From NCBI GenBank assembly GCA_964230645.1, contig CAXRHT010000002.1:64001-128000 (forward strand): 64,000 nucleotides of DNA, read 5' to 3'. The notes under the pieces are model-generated. The model made no database searches and was not told where the DNA came from. It was given only the letters and a program-made list of their open reading frames with translations. A program made the translations under genes and the position numbers. Source of the DNA: Bdellovibrionales bacterium. Lineage in GTDB: Bacteria; Bdellovibrionota; Bdellovibrionia; Bdellovibrionales; JAGQZY01. Positions 1 to 9,704 of the stretch are shown piece after piece. The number at the start of each line of letters is the position of its first letter. Position 1 is the stretch's first letter.

Positions 1-21
1 GCTTTGGTCCGATAAAAGACT

Positions 22-690
22 ATGTCTAATGCAGCCAAAGCCTCATTCAGTTTAAAGGAGATCGGACCAGGAACGGATATAGAGTCCTACGCCGAACAAA
101 CCAAAGGGCAGAAAACCCATACGGAGAAAAAACTCAACGATCACCTACAGGGGCTTTTAAAAGATGGCATCGACAGCAACACAGAGCCCACAGGGCAAGA
201 TTTAGGCCTCACCTATGGACACTCGATCTTAGCGGCAGTGGTCTATGAAAAATACGAAATGGCGATTAAAGAGCTTGATACCATCTTAGGTTTAAAAAAA
301 GACTATCCTGATTTTGGTGATAGAGCCCAAAAGTACGTCACTCATGCCAAAAGCTTAGTGCGTGCGATTAAGGCCAAAAGAGCAATTGGAAAATTGCCCC
401 ATGTTTCTCGCTCAAAGCAAAAAGAGCTTGTGGGCGCTCTGACTCTGCATTTCTCAGAGCTGAGAAGCTGTATTCTGAATATCGAAAAAGTAGAGCGCTA
501 TGTTCGTAAAGAAGATATTAGCTCCACCCGATGGTTTATGATGGCGATGTTCTGGTCTGGTTTTGCTGTTTTTACAGCGGCTTTATTTATAGCCTGCTTT
601 CCCGATGTTTTTGTGGCTCTGCACAGCGTGCTGACGTCCTACTTACATCAACTCTTCTCCGGTATTGCCCACTACCTCTGGCCTATCTAA
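22..690 (+). CDS. hypothetical protein with helical soluble N-terminus and C-terminal transmembrane segment(s)
   Basis: 222-aa ORF with a hydrophobic C-terminus (WFMMAMFWSGFAVFTAALFIACF); TCCGATAA box just upstream. Confidence 0.75.
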   Translation: MSNAAKASFSLKEIGPGTDIESYAEQTKGQKTHTEKKLNDHLQGLLKDGIDSNTEPTGQDLGLTYGHSILAAVVYEKYEMAIKELDTILGLKKDYPDFGDRAQKYVTHAKSLVRAIKAKRAIGKLPHVSRSKQKELVGALTLHFSELRSCILNIEKVERYVRKEDISSTRWFMMAMFWSGFAVFTAALFIACFPDVFVALHSVLTSYLHQLFSGIAHYLWPI

Positions 691-759
691 GGATTGCGCA
701 GCTCTCTTATAAAAATAACGCAGTATTGCTACCAACGGGAAGCAGGTACTTTTTGGGGG

Positions 760-1929
760 CTAGTTGAGGTGTTGGTAGATTTTTTCTAGGATCGGGATCG
801 TTATTCCGCCTGGAATTTTTCGACCATTTACAAAAAGCGATGGAGTTCCTTTGACACCCGCGTCTTGGCCTTGCTTAGCCTGTTGACGAATGATTTTTTT
901 GGTTTCTTCACTCTCTAGACAGGTCTGTAGTTTTTCATTATCAAGCCCTAGTTTTTCTACATTTTCCTCAAGTTCTTCTTTAACTTTTGATTTACTCATA
1001 AGATTGCTTTGGTTTTCAAAAATCCAACTTTGCGTCTTCCAAGCCAGGCCCTGTTCGGTGGCGCAGTAGGATACGCGCGCTAATAAACAGCGTGTTCCTT
1101 CAGAGTATCCGATCGCACTGTTGCATTCTCCATCAAGAGGGAAGGCTTGAAAGTTAAATTCCACATCGGGGTGAGAGATTACAAAATTATGGATGACAGG
1201 GTAGGCCGTAGCACAATGGGGGCAGAGAAAGTCTGCGTATTCTACCATATGCATTTTTGCATTGGGATTGGCTTTTTTGTTGGGAGTGCCAATTGGTTCG
1301 ATACTGGCTTGGGGAGTTTGCTTCCATTGATTGAACTGAAGCTCGGTCATCTCGAGCCGTTCTGTTCCTCCGTAGCTCCGAACCTTGTTGCTATGAATAA
1401 TGAAAGCAAGGATGGCCACAAAACCCACCATGACAGGGTAGACTTTAAAATCCAGGGGAGTGTGCCAAGGGCGCCCCTTAGTCATCATAAAGGCAGTGAT
1501 AAAAGTTATCAGAGATAGGACATACGCAACGGTACAGGCTGGGCATACCGTTTTTAAAACCACATAGGACAAGAATCCCATAACAAGGCTTGTGACTAAG
1601 ATTCCTAAGCTTATCAGACGAATGGGTCCGGCTAGTTTTTCTTGGGTTGAGCGGGCTACAACTGGGAATTTAAAAGCAAGAAGAAGGCCTAAAAGAAAAA
1701 AGTTAATAAGGCCACCGAAAATGGCGACCGGGATACCAAAAACCTCGGAGTATTGGCTGGCTGTTGTTCGGTTACAATTGACTGTTGAATTGATGTTACA
1801 GATATTTTCCTGCACATTTTCGCCAAATTTAAAACTGTAGTGGTGGTTGGTGAGATAGATATGGGTTCCTACGGCCGCCATCGTACTTAGTAGGCAAATC
1901 CAAAACAGCGCGGACTTTTGTTTTCCCAT
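760..1929 (-). CDS. VKOR-family disulfide-bond formation protein fused to a DsbA/thioredoxin domain
   Basis: N-terminal TM domain with loop cysteines (CNINSTVNC), SQYSEVFGIPVA and CPAC; C-terminal EYADFLCPHC and cis-Pro GTPS; RBS AAGGAG. Confidence 0.9.
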   Translation of the reverse strand: MGKQKSALFWICLLSTMAAVGTHIYLTNHHYSFKFGENVQENICNINSTVNCNRTTASQYSEVFGIPVAIFGGLINFFLLGLLLAFKFPVVARSTQEKLAGPIRLISLGILVTSLVMGFLSYVVLKTVCPACTVAYVLSLITFITAFMMTKGRPWHTPLDFKVYPVMVGFVAILAFIIHSNKVRSYGGTERLEMTELQFNQWKQTPQASIEPIGTPNKKANPNAKMHMVEYADFLCPHCATAYPVIHNFVISHPDVEFNFQAFPLDGECNSAIGYSEGTRCLLARVSYCATEQGLAWKTQSWIFENQSNLMSKSKVKEELEENVEKLGLDNEKLQTCLESEETKKIIRQQAKQGQDAGVKGTPSLFVNGRKIPGGITIPILEKIYQHLN

Positions 1930-2073
1930 GAGGTGAGTCTCCTTGTAGAATCTTGACTTTAGTAGAAGTCTGAACAGTTTAACAGGCTTACCCTTATAGA
2001 CAAACGAAAAAAACTTGTGTTTCTAGGGGTGGGCCTTCATCATTATTATGTGGGGGCGCGTCGAAAATCTGCA

Positions 2074-3693
2074 ATGACTAACACCTGGCTGAGTGAGCGC
2101 AAAGAAATTTTGCACAAAATCAAGGATCAGGTACGACTCTATCTCGGCCACGAGTCCGATGAACTCAAAACCTATGCCCAATCCTACAAAAAAGATCTTG
2201 AACGAAAATGGAAAGAAAGTGATTGGAAAGAGGTGGATGTCTGCTTGCAACAGGTGCAGGTGGTCCTTGGAGGAGATTTTCATCCGTTTTCTCAAGCCCA
2301 AAGAACCCACTTAAGACTTCTAAGGAAACTAGTTTCTGAGCGTCCTCTGGTTCTCGCTCTTGAGTGTTTAGCCACAGAGGATCAGGTTTATGTGAATAAC
2401 TACCTGCACGGGCACACCGAGGAGAAAGTCTTTTTAAAGCAAGTGCAGTGGGAGGAGAAGTGGGGCTTTCCGTGGGCTCACTATAAACCTCTTTTTGATT
2501 TTGCAAAGCTGCACAAGATTCCGGTGCAGGCTTTAAATTCTTCGCGCGGGTTTACCCACAAACAACTGCGTAAAAGAGATAAATTCTCCGCTCAAAAAAT
2601 CTATGAAGTTTGTCAGCAAAGTCCCGAAGCCCTTGTCTACGTGATCTATGGAGATCTTCATATTGCTGGAGAGCATTTGCCAAAAGATCTTAAAAGCCTT
2701 TCTCACACTGGTCGTCCCTTAGAGGTGGCCCGGTTCTATTTGAACTCAGAGAAAATTTATTTTCAACTCGCCGAGAAAAAGCGAGAAAACAAGGTTGAGG
2801 TGGTTAAATTCAATGACCGAGAGTTTTGCTTATTGACCTCGCCACCTTGGGTAAAATGGCACAGCTATCTTATGTACTTAGAAGAAAACTTTGATGTGGA
2901 TCTTGAGTTGGAAGAAGGCGAAGAGGAGTTTGGCTTTAGTCAGATGGACCACACCGATCATGTGTCTGATTTGGTGAAGATGATTGCCGCGGCCCTTTCG
3001 ATAAAAGTCAAAAACGATGCTATTGAGGTTTACTCCCTCAACGACCCCCAAGCTTTGGTGGCCACTCGTAAATCGCTGGGTAAAGAAGAATTTAAATTGG
3101 CTCACACCCTGATTCAAGATGACCAGAGCTTTTATCTCCCTCAGGCCGGTTTTTTCTATCTGTCTAAATCCACAGTGAATCATGCGGCCACTCTTGCTGG
3201 TCAGTATGTGCATTCAAGGCTTTGTGGCTCTCAGCGCTTGTTATGGGATTTTCCGGACCGCTTTCGTTCTGTGGTGTGGGTGGAAGCCATGGGGTTTTTA
3301 CTTAGTAAATTTGTGAACCCCAAAAGAAAAGCTCAGTCTCTCCCAGATTTGAAGAAGCAACTTCAGGCCTTTGAAAAGGACGATCTCTCAAGAGAGCCTG
3401 TGTTATTAGCCCTTGATCAGAAGATGATCGAGCTTCTTTCCGTTTATGCGCAAAGCTCAGATGCTAAGGCTTTCGTGCCAAGGCAAAAGTCTAGTTATCT
3501 GCATGCGGCCCGTTTTATGGGAGAGATTATGGGAGATCGCTATTTTGTCCTTTATCAGAGCGAAATTCTTGATATAGATAATATTAAGGCCTTGTTAAAA
3601 AAAGACCTTGAAAGCCCTGATTTTGATAAGTTTTATATCTCGGAATTAAAGAGGCTCGACCAGTTAGAAATGGGGGAATGGAAGAGATCATGA
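2074..3693 (+). CDS. ChaN/Tiki-superfamily protein with C-terminal extension
   Basis: Motifs VLGGDFH, LALEC, W..KWGFPWAHYKPLF, RD, IYGDLH; start re-assigned to ATG 2074. Confidence 0.75.
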   Translation: MTNTWLSERKEILHKIKDQVRLYLGHESDELKTYAQSYKKDLERKWKESDWKEVDVCLQQVQVVLGGDFHPFSQAQRTHLRLLRKLVSERPLVLALECLATEDQVYVNNYLHGHTEEKVFLKQVQWEEKWGFPWAHYKPLFDFAKLHKIPVQALNSSRGFTHKQLRKRDKFSAQKIYEVCQQSPEALVYVIYGDLHIAGEHLPKDLKSLSHTGRPLEVARFYLNSEKIYFQLAEKKRENKVEVVKFNDREFCLLTSPPWVKWHSYLMYLEENFDVDLELEEGEEEFGFSQMDHTDHVSDLVKMIAAALSIKVKNDAIEVYSLNDPQALVATRKSLGKEEFKLAHTLIQDDQSFYLPQAGFFYLSKSTVNHAATLAGQYVHSRLCGSQRLLWDFPDRFRSVVWVEAMGFLLSKFVNPKRKAQSLPDLKKQLQAFEKDDLSREPVLLALDQKMIELLSVYAQSSDAKAFVPRQKSSYLHAARFMGEIMGDRYFVLYQSEILDIDNIKALLKKDLESPDFDKFYISELKRLDQLEMGEWKRS

Positions 3694-5678
3694 GTCAATG
3701 GTATTTGAGTAAAAACGGACAAGCTCTCGGGCCCCTGGATCAGAAAAAATTAGAAAAGCTCATTGCAGATGGGGAAGTCAAAGCCATTGACCTAGTTTAC
3801 AAAGCCGGAGCTGCGGAGTGGTTGCCGGTCTCAGAGATTGCAGAGCTCGCATCCCATCTTGCCAGTAAAAAAGAAAACGCTCCTACCAAATCTTCAAGCA
3901 GTGGTTCAAAGGATTGGGTCCTTCTTAAAAAAATTGTCACGGACAAGGGCAAAGAGTACAAACAGTTGGGCCCATTTGATGCTCCTCAGGTGATCGAACT
4001 TATCGACACAGGCGAGATCCGGTTCACTGACTTTGCTTGGAAAGAGGGCTTTGAATCCTGGGTGAGAATTGCCGAAATTGATAGTTTCTCAGAGCCGCTA
4101 CCATCAAGCCCTGCCATTGACATGAGTCTCTACGAAAAAACGGTGGTCACAAACAGTGGTGCTGACACTCCAGAGGAAACCCAGGTCGATGCCGATCAGA
4201 AAAAATCTCTGACTCATCTGGTGAGTATTGAAACCTTTGAGCACGAAAAGACCCAGGTGCGTCCGCAGCAACCGAAAAAGCTGGACGAGGAGAAAGAAGA
4301 AGAAATATTCCCTGATGAGGAATCCGAGCATTTTAATCCTTTTGAACAAACGGAAATCAATGGCCCCATTAATAACGACGAATTTGTGACAGAGTCCGGA
4401 GCTACGAGCGAGTCTTCTGACTCTGATGTCAGTCTGTGGTCTCTTGAACCCCCATCACAAAGTGGAAAAAACAAAAAAGCAAAATCATTAAGTGATGAAG
4501 AAGACGACGGAGAGCGCACCCGAGTGACAGCACCCATCACCGAAGCCAGTCGCTTTAAAGAAAAGCCTAAAGCCTCCAAAAAACGACCAAAAGAAAAGAA
4601 GAAGCCGAAGAAAAAACAAAAATCGAAAAATAAAAACCAATCTCCTTTGATTGATCGTTTAGCTACAATGGATTCAGAAACTTGGCAGTTTGCTGCAGCC
4701 ATTGGAGCGGTAATTTTGTCATTTTTCTTTTTTTACTTAAGCCTGCAAACTGACAAGCCCGAGGTGATTTACGATAAAAATGCCCAACTTCTTGATCCAC
4801 ATGTGAGGCCTCAGCGCGAGGCCGCCAGCATTCAGAAAAAGATTCAAGAGATTCAGCGCAATAACAAGGCTGAGAAAAAAGCCGAACCAATAAAGCCATC
4901 TGAAATAGAAGCCCAAATGGCGGCCGCCAGCAAAGCTATTGAAAAGGCCAAGCAGCCCATTCTCGATGATCCTGATGATTTGACTGAAGATGACATTGTC
5001 ATATCTGACCCCAAACTTCGAGAAAAACTTGCTAAAACAACCCCAGAAAAGAAATCTCCACCTGTGCCAGGAGAAAAACGTCTTCCACCGATAAAAAAGA
5101 AAACGGTGGTGACTCAGCAGACTCGAGTCATTGCCTCAGAAAAAAAATCGATCAAGAGAAAAGAATTAAAGCTTCGTTCTCAAAAAATGAGAAATTCTAA
5201 AAAAAGAGACGCAGAAATTGCCAAAGTGACCGCCACTCCAAAACCTGTGAAGAGGAAGACTTCTTCAACTCAAAGAGTGAGTCGTCCCACAGGGGGAGCC
5301 AAGGCCCAATCCTTTTATCGCCACCGCGATCGCAAGGCTCTTTTTTACTCGTCTTTAAAGGCCGAAGCTTTAGCCGTGGAAATAGAGAGTCGGTACAAAG
5401 AGCTCAAAAATAATAAGTCAAAATGGCGGCAGTATTATTCTCAGTGGCGCAAACGGGTAAGAGGCTCCATGGCTAGAGATATCCGTAGTTTTCCCAGTGG
5501 CAAAGAGGTCTATGCTTATCCAGACTTCATTAAAGCCTTTAAGGATGACTATGAGGAGTTCTATAAATACGGAGAAGTCTTCAATGCTAAAGTCACTGGA
5601 GGGCGCCTTCCTTCGGGATCGACAAAGAATATGAAACAAGTTTTTGGTCGGCACAAAATGAAAGCTCTTCGATTGTAA
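3690..5678 (+). CDS. tandem GYF_2 (DUF4339) domain membrane protein
   Basis: Two GYF_2-like repeats (WYLSKNGQALGP...VYKAGAAEW; QLGPFD...FAWKEGFESW), acidic linker, single TM, basic periplasmic region; ATGA overlap with the upstream stop. Confidence 0.8.
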   Translation: MSQWYLSKNGQALGPLDQKKLEKLIADGEVKAIDLVYKAGAAEWLPVSEIAELASHLASKKENAPTKSSSSGSKDWVLLKKIVTDKGKEYKQLGPFDAPQVIELIDTGEIRFTDFAWKEGFESWVRIAEIDSFSEPLPSSPAIDMSLYEKTVVTNSGADTPEETQVDADQKKSLTHLVSIETFEHEKTQVRPQQPKKLDEEKEEEIFPDEESEHFNPFEQTEINGPINNDEFVTESGATSESSDSDVSLWSLEPPSQSGKNKKAKSLSDEEDDGERTRVTAPITEASRFKEKPKASKKRPKEKKKPKKKQKSKNKNQSPLIDRLATMDSETWQFAAAIGAVILSFFFFYLSLQTDKPEVIYDKNAQLLDPHVRPQREAASIQKKIQEIQRNNKAEKKAEPIKPSEIEAQMAAASKAIEKAKQPILDDPDDLTEDDIVISDPKLREKLAKTTPEKKSPPVPGEKRLPPIKKKTVVTQQTRVIASEKKSIKRKELKLRSQKMRNSKKRDAEIAKVTATPKPVKRKTSSTQRVSRPTGGAKAQSFYRHRDRKALFYSSLKAEALAVEIESRYKELKNNKSKWRQYYSQWRKRVRGSMARDIRSFPSGKEVYAYPDFIKAFKDDYEEFYKYGEVFNAKVTGGRLPSGSTKNMKQVFGRHKMKALRL

Positions 5679-5837
5679 AATTTGGCAATCAAGGCAAAGG
5701 TCTAGTGAAATGACATCTTGTTGTATTTTTATAATTTATTATGTTTCATTACGAGACTTTCGTTGTGGAAATCTGTAATTTATAATCAATTTCTTCCCAA
5801 GATTGTGGGTTAAGTCCCGAATCTCACTTAAAAAATT

Positions 5838-5864
5838 TAAGGTTCCAAAGCCAATTGCCGAATA
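5838..5864 (+). promoter_or_regulatory. putative sigma-28 (FliA)-type promoter
   Basis: TAAG-N15-GCCGAATA versus consensus TAAA-N15-GCCGATAA; ends 6 nt before ATG 5871. Confidence 0.55.
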
Positions 5865-5870
5865 AAAGGC

Positions 5871-6560
5871 ATGAATCGGGGAGCCATTACATTCACCTCA
5901 TTAGTTTTGACCTTTGCCTGTCTTTTGTTTTTAGCAGAAGTGAGAGGAACGATTAACGGAGCCAAGGAACACAAGGAGTTGGCGAAGTTTTGGAAGTCAA
6001 AGGTTGCAAGAGAGCAGTTAAAAAAGCTGATCGCTCTTGGCAAGGTTGCTGATTTCAAGCAAGATGTCGCACTTCTTTTACCGGAAAAAATAAAAGGTGA
6101 AAGTATTCAAGCCAGAAAGCAAAAGCTTCGCGATCTTGCCAGTGTCATTCCCCATGAAAATCAAATGGAGATCAATCTTTCTCTTTCTGCCAGCAAAATG
6201 TTGGCTCAAGGAAAAGAGCATATCAAAAAACGTCGCTACGATGAGGGAATCAAGGTTCTTGAAAAAATGATCAGTGAGTTTCCCGACTCTCATCACGTGG
6301 TCGAAGCCCATTACTTAATTATTGAAGGTTTCTTTAACCAAGAAAAAAATATCCCCGTTATTACGTGGGTGGAACGAATGGTGGAGCTTTTCCCAGAGAA
6401 TCGTTTAACTGGTTATGCTCTATTGAAGGTGGGTGGACTTTACGAAATCGATGGACGTAAAGAAGATGCCATAAAGATTTATAAAACCATAGTGGCTGTA
6501 TATAGCGATAAAAATCTGATTGATAAAGCTCAGGTGGCCGTTGGGCAGCTAAAGCTATGA
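5871..6560 (+). CDS. membrane-anchored tetratricopeptide-repeat protein (BamD/CpoB-like TPRs)
   Basis: N-terminal TM; TPR-type motifs YDEGIKVLEKMISEFPDS, ELFPENRLTGYALLKVG. Confidence 0.75.
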   Translation: MNRGAITFTSLVLTFACLLFLAEVRGTINGAKEHKELAKFWKSKVAREQLKKLIALGKVADFKQDVALLLPEKIKGESIQARKQKLRDLASVIPHENQMEINLSLSASKMLAQGKEHIKKRRYDEGIKVLEKMISEFPDSHHVVEAHYLIIEGFFNQEKNIPVITWVERMVELFPENRLTGYALLKVGGLYEIDGRKEDAIKIYKTIVAVYSDKNLIDKAQVAVGQLKL

Positions 6561-7315
6561 GACAGTGGTTTACACACTTTTTACTTTTTAGTCTTTTTTC
6601 CCTCGTGCAAGTGCGCTTTGTCGATGCCGCCGATTATACAATCCCTGCTGAGGAGCCAAAAGACTGTCTATCGATGCAGTCGGTACCTTGTCATGTAACA
6701 ACGGGTGATGAGCCTCGGATGTTTGAGTGGGAAAAATCGCGTTTTGAACTCGATCGTAATATTGTTCTCAATCTCAACCAGAAAAAAGTTTGGAATTTTT
6801 ATAAAGGGCTTTTTGTTTTGGATTCAAAAGGAGAGCACACCATTCACACTCCTTTTGGTGATATTTATGTCGGACAATCTAAAATCATGGTTCATGTTTT
6901 GAAAGAAAAGATGCGAGTTCTTTGCTTGGATGGTCAAGGGGTTAAAGTAAAACCTAAGGGGCATCTTGAGGAGAGCTTTCTCGTCCCTGGTTTTCAGAAC
7001 TGGTATGGGGGAGTTGTAAACGGTGAGGCCGACTCTGGCGTTGCCACTGTCATCGATCTCAATGAGTTCTCAAAGATGAGAGCGCCTTTTTTCCTTAATT
7101 ACCAGTTAGGCTTTCCTAAAGAGTTAGCCACTCTAGCCTCCAGAATTAAGTGGGCCGCCGGGCAAGCAAGCCTCATTCACCGCGAACTCTACGAGAGAAA
7201 GGTCGCCTCTCTTGACCAAGCTCACGATAAAAAAGTCGAGAAGAAACGCCGTAAAATCCAATACAACAAATACCTCCGCCAGCTTTTCCTGAAAAAAGTT
7301 AACTACGACGATTAA
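6557..7315 (+). CDS. exported hypothetical protein, possibly with a FecR-like beta domain
   Basis: Signal peptide; beta-rich IHTPFGDIYV segment; ATGA overlap with the TPR gene. Confidence 0.65.
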   Translation: MRQWFTHFLLFSLFSLVQVRFVDAADYTIPAEEPKDCLSMQSVPCHVTTGDEPRMFEWEKSRFELDRNIVLNLNQKKVWNFYKGLFVLDSKGEHTIHTPFGDIYVGQSKIMVHVLKEKMRVLCLDGQGVKVKPKGHLEESFLVPGFQNWYGGVVNGEADSGVATVIDLNEFSKMRAPFFLNYQLGFPKELATLASRIKWAAGQASLIHRELYERKVASLDQAHDKKVEKKRRKIQYNKYLRQLFLKKVNYDD

Positions 7316-7320
7316 AGAAA

Positions 7321-7632
7321 CCATTGTCATTCTGAGCGTCTCCCATTGTCATTCTGAGCGTAGCGAAGAATCTACCACCACTAAGTTTGGGGTATAAATG
7401 ATAGTCTCCGGGAATAGGTCCTTCGCTGCACTCAGAACGACAATGAGAGGTATGACCATTCTTTCCTGTCATCCTGAGCGCAGCGAAGGAACTGTTGCCG
7501 AGAACTGCGATTGATGATGCAGACTCAGTGGAGGTAGATTCTTCGCTACGCTCAGAATGACAAAGACGCTTAGAATGACAAAGACGCTTAGAGTGACAAA
7601 GACGCTTAGAATGACAGGTAGGCTTAGGTGAC
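7321..7632. repeat. REP/REPIN-like locus 1: two inverted REP dimers with 42-bp spacers plus terminal tandem duplications
   Basis: GTCATTCTGAGCGTAGCGAAGAATCT at 7348-7373, inverted copy 7416-7441, second dimer 7468-7493/7536-7561; 18-bp units AAAGACGCTTAGARTGAC x3 (7562-7615); 22-bp duplication at left (7321-7342). Confidence 0.9.
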
Positions 7633-7757
7633 TGATCGCTCGTTTACAACCGCACTACCTTTGCCTAGGTCACTTGAGATTTCCTATCGAAAGGATTGAG
7701 TTTAGTTCGCCCAAAGGCCTGTGGGAGAAGGGAAACAGTCAAGAGTTCTCATTTTGA

Positions 7758-7766
7758 TGCTATAAT
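7758..7766 (+). promoter_or_regulatory. extended -10 sigma-70 promoter element
   Basis: TGCTATAAT (TGn-TATAAT) about 55 nt upstream of ATG 7821. Confidence 0.5.
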
Positions 7767-7820
7767 ATGTTAAGAGTTTGAGTGAAAACTCTTGAGATCG
7801 GTCACTTCATGGAGGAAGAG

Positions 7821-9479
7821 ATGTCGAGTGTGAATAATGATTCTGATGCCCAGTCCATTCGGGACTATTACAAAGAAAGGGAGCAGAGATTAAAGCAGCA
7901 GCATCAAAACGAAATCAAACGGATGCAAAAAGCACATTCGAGTGAAGTGGAATCGGTTAAAGATAACGCCAACGAACGAATCAATCGTGCGGGTGAAGAA
8001 ACGCAAGCCACGATTGAGCGTCGAGACATGAGACATCAAAAAGAAATCAATCGAATGCGTGAGGCTCATGCTCAGCAAAGAAAGCAGCAGAGCTTGCAGC
8101 GCATGAGAGAAGAAAGTCATATTCGTGATACCTACGAAGATCAAATTCAACAGAATGAAAAATCGCACAAGGCCCAAATTCAAAACATCCGTGAAAATAA
8201 CAGGCAAACTCTTGAAGGTAATGACTCTTCAACCGCTGAGACTCTCAGAGCCTATCAGCAAAGAGCCGAGGAGTCTTCGCAGTCTTCGAGGCGGCGTCTG
8301 AATCGCCAACACCAGATTGAGAAAAAAGAACAGCAAGAACGTCACCGTGAGGAAATGACCAATCTTATTCATAAAAATGAGGGCATGAAGCACGGCAAAG
8401 ATCAGGAGATCGCAAGGCTTAAGCAAAAGCATCAAAACGAAATGGCTTCAATGCAGCGTCGTCATGAAATGCAAGTTGAAGAACTTAAATACACCAATGC
8501 TGAGACTCTAGAAAATATGCGTGAAGTTCATGAGAACGAAGTGGATAAAGTGCAAGAGCGTTACAATCAGGCTCTCAAAAGAGAGCAAGAGCAAATGACT
8601 CAGACTCGCGAGAAGCTTTATTCTCAGACAGGAAAGATTCAAGAGGAAAGAGATCAACTCAATCAAAAGATTCGTCTTCTAAAGGAAGACAATGTTCGGG
8701 ATTTAGACGAGGCGAACCGGCAGAAGAGGCGCGAGCTTGATAATTTAAGGCGAGCCGACAAAAGAGCCTATGATGCCTTAGTTGAAGAAAGACGGGGGAT
8801 GGTTAAAGAGTTTAACCGCATTCACGGCGATGAAATTAAAATGGCTCATCATAATGCCGATGAACGCATTGAAGCCAATTACAACTACTTGCAGAAAAAA
8901 GTGGAAGAAGAAAATCAACATCACAATAATGAGCTCACTCGTCAGCGCGAAAATCTAATCACTGAAAATAACGATAAGATTGAAAAAAACAAACTCCATA
9001 TGGAGCAGGTTCAAGATAGCTACGCTGTGGATCGGAAAAAGTTGATGGCCACCCATCAAATGGAAAAACAAAGGCTTAAGGATCGATACTCTCAGAATAT
9101 CGATGAGACTCGCCACCAAGACAGTGTGAAAAGGGATAACCTTCGCACTCAGTTTGAACAGAAAATCTCTGAAATGGATTTGAAGCATCAAAAAGAGCTT
9201 AACGAGCAAAGAAACGACTACGAGAAAAAGCTTGTGGATTTAAAAAACAGGCAGCAAGAGCGTATCGTAAAGATGCAGGCTCACAATGAGCGCGTACAAA
9301 TGGAGCGTGAAAAAGCTCATAAAATGAGTATGACTCACAAAGAGGCCAAATACGAACACAGGCTTAAGAATATACAGGCTCAGCATGAGGAGCAGCTTCG
9401 CCTCAGAGATCAACGCTATCGCGAAAATTTGGCGGATTTGATCCGTGAGGGGCAGAGAATTGAGGCCCAAAAGTCCTAG
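7821..9479 (+). CDS. long coiled-coil protein (E/Q/R/K/H-rich)
   Basis: Continuous heptad-like charged sequence with no Pro or Trp; RBS GGAGG before ATG 7821. Confidence 0.8.
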   Translation: MSSVNNDSDAQSIRDYYKEREQRLKQQHQNEIKRMQKAHSSEVESVKDNANERINRAGEETQATIERRDMRHQKEINRMREAHAQQRKQQSLQRMREESHIRDTYEDQIQQNEKSHKAQIQNIRENNRQTLEGNDSSTAETLRAYQQRAEESSQSSRRRLNRQHQIEKKEQQERHREEMTNLIHKNEGMKHGKDQEIARLKQKHQNEMASMQRRHEMQVEELKYTNAETLENMREVHENEVDKVQERYNQALKREQEQMTQTREKLYSQTGKIQEERDQLNQKIRLLKEDNVRDLDEANRQKRRELDNLRRADKRAYDALVEERRGMVKEFNRIHGDEIKMAHHNADERIEANYNYLQKKVEEENQHHNNELTRQRENLITENNDKIEKNKLHMEQVQDSYAVDRKKLMATHQMEKQRLKDRYSQNIDETRHQDSVKRDNLRTQFEQKISEMDLKHQKELNEQRNDYEKKLVDLKNRQQERIVKMQAHNERVQMEREKAHKMSMTHKEAKYEHRLKNIQAQHEEQLRLRDQRYRENLADLIREGQRIEAQKS

Positions 9480-9606
9480 ATTCTGCTACTGTGGCAAATA
9501 CCCAAAGGACTGTTAAGTCTATTAACGATTCTTTTTGTAGAGATTTCAGAAAAGAAAGATTTTTTAAGACCGATGAGAGCTCTAACTACCCAATAGTACT
9601 GCTTTT

Positions 9607-9644
9607 TTAACACAATCTTAGCAAATCCTAACAATACTCTAACA
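9607..9644 (+). promoter_or_regulatory. Pho-box-like direct-repeat array
   Basis: TTAACA 9607, TTAGCA 9618, CTAACA 9628, CTAACA 9639 (11/10/11-bp period) upstream of the Na/Pi transporter. Confidence 0.55.
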
Positions 9645-9704
9645 TTCTAAAATTCGGAATTCACATAGACTACAGGTATTCAAATGAAAGGAATCTGAGC
9701 GTTT

